DNA of 64,000 bases from sequence record LC788709.1; one strand, written 5' to 3'. Source of the DNA: Escherichia coli phage Shin27. The notes beneath the pieces were generated by a model. That model was not told the DNA's origin, did not search any database, and saw only the letters and a list, made by a program, of their open reading frames with translations. Positions 30,707 through 38,065 of this stretch are shown piece after piece (the stretch's first letter is position 1; the number at the start of each line of letters is the position of its first letter). The position numbers and the translations under genes are program-made.

Positions 30707-30814
30707 AACTAAATCAACTCCTATAAAGGGATAAATATTAATACTGGCAATATTGCCAAATATAACGCCTTGCCTGAAGTGAGGACAATTTAAAAGGCGT
30801 TATAATTTGCAATA

Positions 30815-31060
30815 TTATTCTAGAATTGGCATAAGACTAGAACTAAAACCGCAACTAATAGCCAGCGTTAAAAATATAATCGCTAGATATTTTTGTTTAT
30901 TAGCTTGACGTTTAAACATATCAGCGGCATAAGCTGAATTAATGCCGATAATAGAGATTATATATTTGCCGTAATTAAATATAAATATAGCGGCAACTAT
31001 AAATAAACCTAAAATAAACGCTTCACTAGGGAAGAAAATCATTTTAATAACTCCGGTCAA
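30815..31060 (-). CDS. small membrane protein
   Basis: 81-aa ORF with two or three hydrophobic segments, located between A2 and A1. Confidence 0.45.
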   Translation of the reverse strand: MTGVIKMIFFPSEAFILGLFIVAAIFIFNYGKYIISIIGINSAYAADMFKRQANKQKYLAIIFLTLAISCGFSSSLMPILE

Positions 31061-31100
31061 AGGGAAATTATAGCGGGGAATATTCCCCGCTAATTAGAAT

Positions 31101-31517
31101 TTATTCACCTGCGGCCTGTTTTACTTCCTCCGCTACGCCTAACAATTGCGCTACGGCGTCCAGCGTTTCCAGTTTAGCACTTTCAAGGCTTGCCAGATCG
31201 TCGGCATCTTTTACGATACCTGAATCAATGGCGTGTTTAGCGATGACGCGCACATAGTGAGCTTTACGAATTGAGCTACCGCCGCCAACTTTGCGAGGTT
31301 TATCGCTTTTCTGATAGGCTTTTGCGCTTGTCAGTTTAGAACGTACAGACACCGGACTAGCAGCACCAACGGCGGCGGCAATTTCTTTCAGGCCGTCACT
31401 GTTAGCAAATTCACTTCCGCTTTTAGCGACCATTTCAGAATACATAGAAACAGCTTTTTCGGTGTTTTCTTCGTTCCAAGAGAATTTTGCGGTTTTTTCG
31501 GTTTTAACGTTAGACAT
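31101..31517 (-). CDS. A2: pre-early protein A2-like (probable DNA-binding)
   Basis: 138-aa ORF immediately upstream of A1 in the transcription direction. Assignment rests on recalled T5 order and size only. Confidence 0.6.
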   Translation of the reverse strand: MSNVKTEKTAKFSWNEENTEKAVSMYSEMVAKSGSEFANSDGLKEIAAAVGAASPVSVRSKLTSAKAYQKSDKPRKVGGGSSIRKAHYVRVIAKHAIDSGIVKDADDLASLESAKLETLDAVAQLLGVAEEVKQAAGE

Positions 31518-31805
31518 AATTTAATACTCCATTCAATTATTAATTAAGGGATTATGATTAACTAAATGTTAATCGCTATATATTCTATTAGCTAGAATAT
31601 ATATAACGGAAACATTTTATTTTTATTTCCAGTTTCAAGCGGTTTATTAATTCCCGAATATATTTATATTCTCACCTTACCCGGCTTGCCAGAGAATTAA
31701 TAAGGCAACATTGTATTTATACGCTGTTTATTATTCCGTTCACGCTAGGAATATTTCGAGTTATCTTTATTGCCTAACTAAGCATGATATGTAAGGCGCA
31801 TTAAT

Positions 31806-32057
31806 TTATGCGATAGCTTGCCATTTATCATCTTTCTGAATGATTTTTACAACGTCGCCAGATTTAACACGGACGTTATAAATAGGCTTGCCGTGGTTAC
31901 TGCGTTCCGTTTCCGCATAGACCGCTTCAATCTTATCAAAGGGATCAAGCGCCGCACCTTTAATACGTTCAGCTTTTCCAGTTAATTCATCCGTTTTAGT
32001 AACGAAAGGAATAAAAACGGATTGACCTACTTTCGGTGCGGTGATAACGTTTTGCAT
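31806..32057 (-). CDS. hypothetical pre-early protein
   Basis: 83-aa ORF with GGAG-type SD context (CCGGAGTATTAAAAATG on the coding strand). Confidence 0.5.
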   Translation of the reverse strand: MQNVITAPKVGQSVFIPFVTKTDELTGKAERIKGAALDPFDKIEAVYAETERSNHGKPIYNVRVKSGDVVKIIQKDDKWQAIA

Positions 32058-32191
32058 TTTTAATACTCCGGTTTATTGGGGGATTATTCCACAATAGCGC
32101 CTCGATACTTTGAAACGCTATTAGATTATAATCCGCTAGGAGTTAGCCTAAACATTACCGTTTTTCCAAATTGTTAAAGAGCAGTTACTAC

Positions 32192-32489
32192 GGGGAACAT
32201 CTTAAAACCTATCGGCTAGCGTGTCAATCGTTTTTTAAACTTTTTTCGATTTGATGGGAGTTATATAAATCAATCATTATATTACGCCACACCATTTCCA
32301 GCCCTTGTTGCTTGCCTTTCTTGTATTGCTTGAATCTGTATTTTACAGATCGTTGCGCTACTGTCAACAAATTTTTTGTTCTGCTATCAAGCGACTTGAT
32401 AGGCTTGCCAGTGATCAAAAGCGTTTGTTTCATATCGTCGATTCCTTATAATATCTAAGTTTACCGCCGATAGGCTTTAAGATGTTCCC
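32192..32489. repeat. 24/25-bp inverted repeat pair flanking a 69-aa ORF
   Basis: GGGGAACATCTTAAAACCTATCGGC (32192-32216) versus GCCGATAGGCTTTAAGATGTTCCC (32466-32489), with one mismatch. Confidence 0.8.
32224..32433 (-). CDS. small basic protein flanked by 24-bp inverted repeats
   Basis: 69-aa Lys/Arg-rich ORF (RSVKYRFKQYKKGKQQ). The inverted repeats lie at 32192-32216 and 32466-32489. Confidence 0.4.
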   Translation of the reverse strand: MKQTLLITGKPIKSLDSRTKNLLTVAQRSVKYRFKQYKKGKQQGLEMVWRNIMIDLYNSHQIEKSLKND

Positions 32490-32840
32490 TAATTTTTAAA
32501 GAGCATGGCAGGGTTTTGAAAGGTCAAACAGACTGTCAATCGCTGTTATCCCCGCCGTGTAGTTCGTCATTGCCGCCCTACGTGATAAATAATAGGAGAA
32601 TACCGAGAAGGGCGCAAGCGTATTTTTGTAAAGAAACGTAAAGAAAACCACTACTCGCAAACGTCCAGCGGCGCATTAAATTTAATGAAACGGGCGCGCG
32701 AATAACACCAAAACAACCATTTTAGCAAGTAATTTTTTTCATTTATATTTGCTTTGCCATACTTGACAAAATCTAAAATCCTCGTGGTGAGGTTTTCTCG
32801 GTGTATCCCTTATGATTGCCTATCCTTTCCTTTGAGGCGC

Positions 32841-32867
32841 TTAGAATGCGTTACAGAGCGTTTTAGA
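32841..32867 (+). repeat. 27-bp perfect direct repeat, copy 1
   Basis: TTAGAATGCGTTACAGAGCGTTTTAGA is also present at 37084-37110. Confidence 0.85.
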
Positions 32868-33246
32868 CCCTGTTAATAACTTATACAAAAAGCAAAAATG
32901 AAATTTAATGAGTTATCCACTTGATTTTTCAAAAAAGTATTTTCTGCTGTTATTTTTCATTGACAAATAAGTTTAGACGTGCATTTATTGGTTAGCAGAC
33001 TAATAATCGCTAGGAGGATAATCACGCTGGTGGATTGTAACAGCCGAAACAGTTAGCGGACTATTAATACTTTAAAAACCTATTAGCCAACTAACTATTT
33101 CATAATATATAATATACACATAAATTAATGAGAAATAATAACTATGAGAAACTATCGGGCTAAGTGAGAACCACTATCATTTAGGTTATGCACAAAGCTA
33201 TCCACAGCACAAAATAACTTGACGCAATAGGCGACGTTTTGGCGAC

Positions 33247-33255
33247 TTATCCACA
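33247..33255 (+). promoter_or_regulatory. DnaA box (perfect TTATCCACA)
   Basis: Exact 9-mer. Near-matches are CTATCCACA at 33198-33206 and TTATCCACT at 32913-32921. Confidence 0.6.
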
Positions 33256-33275
33256 GACTTATATACAGGTTATCC

Positions 33276-33295
33276 TACTGTATAAATATACAGGG
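33276..33295. promoter_or_regulatory. LexA (SOS) box-like palindrome
   Basis: TACTGTATAAATATACAGGG has the CTGT-N8-ACAG core and is AT-rich, adjacent to DnaA boxes. Confidence 0.55.
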
Positions 33296-33543
33296 TAGAA
33301 TGGTAGCAGTAACAACCGCAATCAAATTTAAGCGGCCTAGAACGCGCTACACGGCGTTTTCTCACTGCTACCCTTATTATAATAAAGCCTTGTGTACGCT
33401 TACAGAGAGCTAGAAATAGAAAACGCGCGATTATCATAAAAACGGGCAGTAGGCAAGGAATAAAAAACCTTTTCTTTTTTTCTTGCCCCTAGCGAACAAT
33501 TATCTATATCATTCACTCACCGATTAACGAGGGAGACAAAGAA

Positions 33544-34545
33544 ATGTCTACTGTAAGAATTGCAGTACCAGCAAACGCAACTATTATTAAAGGTAGTTTG
33601 CGCAACCTGCTAGATGGTAGTAGTGCGGCAAGTATTCAGCACACCGCCGCAATGGTTGAAAAAATTCACGAGGATATTTTAGATAATAATGATACTCATT
33701 ATTCAGTCGATGATTTCACGCTATTACTAGACCAGACAAGGGCGCTAGTAATTTTCAACCGTGATTATCACATTTTCCGTAATAGTCAGGGAACTGATAT
33801 TGATTTTATCATTGTTGGTTATAGTGAGTCTCATAGTGGTTACATTGCGCGATTATATAACGTGCAAGAAAAAGAGCAGGTAACAGCAACAAAAGTAAAT
33901 AATATCAGATTGGATAGTGTCGGATCGTTATTAAATAGTATCTGGCGTGAATTATCATCCAGTTATAAAGGTGCTGATAGTGACGCAATCGAAACAACTG
34001 GCGTATTGTGCTTTGAACGCGCTAGCGGTAACATGTTGATCCCTAACGATTATTTAGAGTATGGGAATGAATCAAACGTTGCAAACGCTGGATTTACACT
34101 TTTACCGCTTGACAATGTAGCAAAACAGGCTGTAAACTCTCAAACTTCAAGCGCAAATGCGCAAACTACTGAAAATAAAGGAAATATTATGTCTAAAGTA
34201 TCTTCTATCGTTGCCGCTAATAAATCCGCCGTTGTTAACGCTGCTAAACTGGAAGCGGGTAAAATTGCACTGACTCAAATCACAAAAGTAGCGGCGAAAA
34301 AAGCGCCGTTTATGATTAAAGGTTATATCGATACGCCGATCGGTCGCGTAGTGATCGCTAACCTGTTAAGCGTAGCGGTTGACCAGTACGCCCCGACTAA
34401 TGCGAAAGCGAAAGCGGTAGCAGGCGCGGCAATGGAAGCGGCAATGCTGGAAATGGTACAGAGTTTCAATATTGCGGAAATGATCGATGAAATGGTAAAA
34501 GGTATTGACATTTCTACTTTTACCACTAACACCGAAAGTGAGTAG
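33544..34545 (+). CDS. hypothetical pre-early protein (largest gene of plus-strand cassette)
   Basis: 333-aa ORF with a GAGGGAG SD 8 nt upstream. The C-terminal third is an Ala/Lys-rich amphipathic region. A hairpin follows the stop. Confidence 0.65.
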   Translation: MSTVRIAVPANATIIKGSLRNLLDGSSAASIQHTAAMVEKIHEDILDNNDTHYSVDDFTLLLDQTRALVIFNRDYHIFRNSQGTDIDFIIVGYSESHSGYIARLYNVQEKEQVTATKVNNIRLDSVGSLLNSIWRELSSSYKGADSDAIETTGVLCFERASGNMLIPNDYLEYGNESNVANAGFTLLPLDNVAKQAVNSQTSSANAQTTENKGNIMSKVSSIVAANKSAVVNAAKLEAGKIALTQITKVAAKKAPFMIKGYIDTPIGRVVIANLLSVAVDQYAPTNAKAKAVAGAAMEAAMLEMVQSFNIAEMIDEMVKGIDISTFTTNTESE

Positions 34546-34612
34546 TAATAACTAGCGGGGATTATTTCCCCGCGTTACTATTTCCCTGTTAATTGTTAGG
34601 AGACTACTTATT

Positions 34613-34921
34613 ATGCAACTGAATCAAATCATGTTGACGCAATTAGCCGAAAAAATGCCGAATAGCCCCCATGTTAATTATTCGGACGATCAAAGCAATA
34701 TTCCTATATGGGAAAAACAAGGCCGTCCCTTTTTATGGGAACATGTAGAAAGCGCGAATAATTATCATGCTTTCTTTGATCGTGGTTATGGCTGGCTATG
34801 TATTTTTGTAGACGAAACTTTGCTGGATTATGGAATGGATGAAATAGTCCGTGATGACGTAATTTTCTTAAATAAAGGATTTTACAGTGTAGCAAATTCT
34901 CTTTATTTCCCTGCTAATTAA
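34613..34921 (+). CDS. hypothetical protein
   Basis: 102-aa ORF with a TAGGAG SD. Confidence 0.55.
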   Translation: MQLNQIMLTQLAEKMPNSPHVNYSDDQSNIPIWEKQGRPFLWEHVESANNYHAFFDRGYGWLCIFVDETLLDYGMDEIVRDDVIFLNKGFYSVANSLYFPAN

Positions 34922-34934
34922 TAGGAGGCTAGTT

Positions 34935-35429
34935 ATGTCAGAAGAAAAATATGGCTTTTCACTAGAAAGTGTGAATGAAGCTAAACACGATATGATAGTT
35001 TTAGTTGATTGTCATACTGGCTATTGCGGGGAAGGCTGGACGGAGGAACATTTTGTTCCCGCTGGCTGTGATCTGGACGCTTTCGCAAACGAACACGCAT
35101 ATGATAATGCTTCTCGTTTCGGTAGTGATGGGGAAGAAGATGAAGAAACAGGGGAATGGATTGAAAATGATAATGTTTATGCGAGTATTTATCATTATCA
35201 ATTGAGTAAATCCGGTATTTATGTAAATGGCGGCGATCCTATTAATACCGTTATGAAACTAATTATTAAACACGGTGGCGCGGAAATAATTGGTAACAAG
35301 GCGTTATTATATGCAAATCGATTAAAACAGCTTGTTTATATTCCTGATAATTCCCGTTGGGATGAATATGCCGTTTTACAGAAAGAACTAAAACGCTGTT
35401 TCGGTGTGGAAGCATTAGAAATAGTCTAA
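34935..35429 (+). CDS. hypothetical acidic protein
   Basis: 164-aa ORF with a TAGGAGG SD and an acidic tract (GSDGEEDEETGEWIENDN). A terminator follows. Confidence 0.6.
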   Translation: MSEEKYGFSLESVNEAKHDMIVLVDCHTGYCGEGWTEEHFVPAGCDLDAFANEHAYDNASRFGSDGEEDEETGEWIENDNVYASIYHYQLSKSGIYVNGGDPINTVMKLIIKHGGAEIIGNKALLYANRLKQLVYIPDNSRWDEYAVLQKELKRCFGVEALEIV

Positions 35430-35443
35430 TGTAAAGTTTTGTA

Positions 35444-35472
35444 AAGGTCGCCTATTATGGCGACCTTTTTTG
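35444..35472 (+). terminator. Rho-independent terminator
   Basis: AAGGTCGCC-TATTAT-GGCGACCTT followed by TTTTGTT. Confidence 0.75.
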
Positions 35473-35479
35473 TTATAAT
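35471..35479 (+). promoter_or_regulatory. possible extended -10 promoter
   Basis: TGTTATAAT lies immediately after the terminator at 35444-35472. No good -35 is present. Confidence 0.3.
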
Positions 35480-35536
35480 GCCTTTACACCGAAACGGTGG
35501 GTTGAAAATTTTCCCTGATTTCTAGGAGGCGTTAAA

Positions 35537-35764
35537 ATGGTACATTCATCATCTTCTGCAATTTTTAACGGTATGGAATGGGTATCCGTTCCCGCTATTG
35601 TCAGCGTTATGGTTTCTGAGTTCGGCATAGGTAAAACTTATGTTACCATTCAGGGGCTTTACGACAATGACAAGATTGACCAGCAAACCGCCGGATTTTT
35701 GCTGGATGAATTGAAAGCTAACCATTGCACTAAAAAGCAAGCGGCAAAAATTGTTTTAATGTAA
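35537..35764 (+). CDS. hypothetical protein
   Basis: 75-aa ORF with a TAGGAGG SD. Confidence 0.5.
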   Translation: MVHSSSSAIFNGMEWVSVPAIVSVMVSEFGIGKTYVTIQGLYDNDKIDQQTAGFLLDELKANHCTKKQAAKIVLM

Positions 35765-35810
35765 TTAATAAAGGGGGTATATTATCCCCTAATTTCTAGG
35801 AGCTAATAAA

Positions 35811-35960
35811 ATGGTTATTTTTCGATCTATTCTAGCTAGTATCTTGGGCGCTATTTTATCACTGTTTGTAATAGCTTTCGGCGTTAACGTGGTTATTATT
35901 GGAGCAGGTATCGCTGGGTTTTCTTACTTGTTAGGCTGTATGACTGGTAAAGGGGAATAA
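35811..35960 (+). CDS. small double-pass membrane protein (49 aa)
   Basis: MVIFRSILASILGAILSLFVIAFGVNVVIIGAGIAGFSYLLGC... with a TAGGAG SD. It is below the ORF-track cutoff. Confidence 0.4.
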   Translation: MVIFRSILASILGAILSLFVIAFGVNVVIIGAGIAGFSYLLGCMTGKGE

Positions 35961-35962
35961 AA

Positions 35963-36175
35963 ATGTTAAAGAATGTTTCCCTTGCCCGTTCTAAAGGTTT
36001 TAAGCTGGTGGATGTTAACACGTTCGAGCGTCCAGATTGTAAAATCGAATATGTAGCACGCAACAAAAACGCTTTCCGTGTTACTGAAAAGAAATTTGAC
36101 AAGCGCGGAAATTTGGTAGCCGAAACGGTTAAACACTTTGCTACTTTTTACGCTGCGTTTCGTGGGGTATTATGA
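35963..36175 (+). CDS. hypothetical basic protein
   Basis: 70-aa ORF that starts 2 nt after the preceding stop. Confidence 0.5.
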   Translation: MLKNVSLARSKGFKLVDVNTFERPDCKIEYVARNKNAFRVTEKKFDKRGNLVAETVKHFATFYAAFRGVL

Positions 36176-36273
36176 GATCCTTATATATTGCTCTAGCGTT
36201 TGCTACCGTTGGCGTTGTTTGCTCATTCGCTGCATTTGTTCTAAAAATGTACCTGATATTTTCCCAGCTTTAG
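36172..36273 (+). CDS. small membrane peptide (33 aa)
   Basis: MRSLYIALAFATVGVVCSFAAFVL... It has an ATGA start/stop overlap with the upstream ORF. Confidence 0.3.
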   Translation: MRSLYIALAFATVGVVCSFAAFVLKMYLIFSQL

Positions 36274-36284
36274 GAGCTTGACAA

Positions 36285-36632
36285 ATGGTTATTTATGAGG
36301 GTAATCGCTTTGTTACTAATTGCCGTCCGGCATTATTAGCAAACTATTTAAATCAGCTTTCCCCTGTTTATAAAGGCGTGGTTAACATCTATGAAGGCAA
36401 AGCGCACTATAGAATTAATGCCGTTGTCGCTCGCGAGCTTGCCTTTCAGTTTCTTACTTTTAACTCATGCGATATTCAGGTTATGGGTGAGTCTTTGATT
36501 GCAGAAAATGAAGATGAATTTATTAACATTTTCCGCAAAGTATGTACAGAGCGCCTGATTATGAAAGGCGCATATATTCAATCAACCGCTGATAGTATTG
36601 AAACAGCGTTTCGAAAAATTGTAAATGAATAG
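36285..36632 (+). CDS. hypothetical protein
   Basis: 115-aa ORF with a TAGGAG SD. Confidence 0.55.
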   Translation: MVIYEGNRFVTNCRPALLANYLNQLSPVYKGVVNIYEGKAHYRINAVVARELAFQFLTFNSCDIQVMGESLIAENEDEFINIFRKVCTERLIMKGAYIQSTADSIETAFRKIVNE

Positions 36633-36755
36633 CTGGTGGCGTAAAACGCAATCCCATAAATCTAATAATACCGCTGGGAAACATTCCCAGCGTTTACGAT
36701 TTGGGAACGGCTTCACAATGTTAATAATAATCATTCTCATTCTAGGAGCAATGGC

Positions 36756-36995
36756 ATGGCTGTAAGAATTTTACGATATGTAGAACGTAAAGAAACCGAT
36801 ATTATGCAGCATCATTTAACTGATGGGCAATACGCGCAATTTTTAGAAATGCAGAAAAGCGGAGCTAGTACGGCGGCGCTAGGGGCGTGGATCAATTCAG
36901 TTTCAACGTGTACGCATTTTGATTCATACGGGTATACGCCAGCCGAAACCGTCCAGATCTTTGACGACTACGAGAAGGAATACATAGCAGACTAA
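36756..36995 (+). CDS. hypothetical protein (last gene of cassette)
   Basis: 79-aa ORF with a TAGGAG SD. An AATCATTCTCATT operator-like half-site lies at 36729-36741 and a terminator at 37001-37031. Confidence 0.5.
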   Translation: MAVRILRYVERKETDIMQHHLTDGQYAQFLEMQKSGASTAALGAWINSVSTCTHFDSYGYTPAETVQIFDDYEKEYIAD

Positions 36996-37000
36996 TAATA

Positions 37001-37031
37001 GCGGGGCGCAACTATCGGCCCCGCCTTTTCT
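37001..37031 (+). terminator. Rho-independent terminator at the end of the plus-strand cassette
   Basis: GCGGGGC-N10-GCCCCGC followed by CTTTTCT. Confidence 0.65.
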
Positions 37032-37083
37032 GCCTGCAAACAAATTTCCCCTTATTAAAATACCTCCTCCAAAAATAAACGCG

Positions 37084-37110
37084 TTAGAATGCGTTACAGA
37101 GCGTTTTAGA
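37084..37110 (+). repeat. 27-bp perfect direct repeat, copy 2
   Basis: Identical to 32841-32867. It lies 31 nt upstream of the near-consensus LexA box. Confidence 0.85.
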
Positions 37111-37140
37111 GCTATATTAGAGTTATTCACTACGTAGGAA

Positions 37141-37160
37141 TACTGTATATTTATACAGTA
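37141..37160. promoter_or_regulatory. LexA (SOS) box, near-consensus
   Basis: TACTGTATATTTATACAGTA differs at one position from the E. coli consensus TACTGTATATATATACAGTA. Confidence 0.65.
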
Positions 37161-37168
37161 GAATAACC

Positions 37169-37177
37169 TGTGGATAA
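37169..37177 (-). promoter_or_regulatory. DnaA box (perfect, reverse orientation)
   Basis: The plus strand reads TGTGGATAA. An 8/9 box, AGTGGATAA, lies at 37181-37189. Confidence 0.6.
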
Positions 37178-37241
37178 GTCAGTGGATAACGCCTCAAAAT
37201 CGCTAGGATTTTGTCAAGTCAAATCGTGCTGTTAATAAACC

Positions 37242-37250
37242 TGTGGATAA
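37242..37250 (-). promoter_or_regulatory. DnaA box (perfect, reverse orientation)
   Basis: The plus strand reads TGTGGATAA. Confidence 0.6.
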
Positions 37251-37283
37251 CTTAAATAGCAGTGTTTCTCACTTCGCTTTCTA

Positions 37284-37413
37284 AATGCGAATCATTCTCA
37301 TTATGCGACTCATTCGTATTCAATTCTGTAAATGATAATCATTCCCATTCCACTTTCTAAATGCGAGTAGTTCTCATTCGCATTCAACTTCTCAAATGCG
37401 AATCAATCTCATT
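37284..37413. repeat. five copies of a 19-bp imperfect palindrome (AATGCGAAT-N-ATTCTCATT family)
   Basis: Copies lie at 37284-37302, 37303-37320 (degenerate), 37331-37349, 37360-37378 and 37395-37413. A lone half-site lies at 36729-36741. Confidence 0.75.
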
Positions 37414-37432
37414 ATCAGTTGCATTTCGGCAG

Positions 37433-37463
37433 GCAGGGCATTTTCTATTTGCCCTGCGCTTTT
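37433..37463 (+). terminator. terminator-like hairpin inside the repeat region
   Basis: GCAGGGC-N11-GCCCTGC followed by GCTTTT. Confidence 0.4.
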
Positions 37464-38065
37464 GTGCAAATCCGACATCTGCCCCCACGGATTACGTGCC
37501 AGCGTGCATGTGCGAATCCGACAATTTTTGGTAGTGTGCAAATCCGATGGGAAATATTTTTTATATGTGCGAATCCGACAATGAATTTTCCTAAAAACTC
37601 CAGCAATCCGCAACTGCGATGCAATCCAGCTGGATTTACTAGAGTATGCGCAAATCCGACATGAGTTTATTTGTGCAAAACCGACAAGATTTTTGTGACT
37701 TCGATGAGAGGGTGTGTGATTGTGAGGGTTTGGGGAGAAGTGCGAATCCGATGAGATTTTGGGAGGAACTACGGAAGGAGCAGCGGTGATGGTGCTTTAG
37801 CACCGGTTTGCTGCATTTTTGAGGATAATGCGGGATGTTTTGGCTAGAATTGAGATTAGGGGAGATAAAGCGAAATTTTATTAGCAAAATGGGGCAAAAT
37901 CGCTTGACAAGTGAAAATTCCTGTGGCTCTAAAAAACTCAGGCAAATATGGGCCTTCGGCCCGAAATAATGCTGCTATTTTCAGTGTTCCTAAAAACTTT
38001 GGAGACTCCTATCAATGTGCAAATCCGACCATAAATTTCTAGAAACACAGTGTGCAAATCCGATA
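37464..38065 (+). repeat. iteron-like array: nine same-orientation copies of GTGC(A/G)AATCCGA(C/T)N
   Basis: Copies start at 37464, 37510, 37536, 37567, 37648 (variant), 37673 (variant), 37740, 38017 and 38052. Spacing is irregular and no ORF is supported. Confidence 0.85.

Noticed and set aside
32192-32489. An insertion sequence or MITE interpretation of the 24-bp inverted repeats.
   Set aside because: There is no transposase, no clear target-site duplication, and the enclosed ORF is only 69 aa. It is kept as an open finding but not annotated as a mobile element.
33483-33515. A possible sigma70 promoter for the plus-strand cassette (TTGCCC, 16-17 nt, TATATC). Several TTGACA hexamers also occur at 32763, 32960 and 37904.
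   Set aside because: The -10 elements are poor or absent at correct spacing. Some promoter must exist here, but I could not pin one down with confidence.
37392-37887. Four overlapping ORFs of 62-82 aa in the repeat-dense block.
   Set aside because: They have no RBS and their translations are dictated by the iteron and palindrome repeats. They overlap one another on both strands, so the region is better explained as non-coding binding-site DNA.
37464-38065. A possible CRISPR array, because of the many short direct repeats.
   Set aside because: The repeats are only 14 bp, the spacing is irregular (26-277 bp), copies vary, and there is no leader or cas genes. The region was classed as an iteron array instead.
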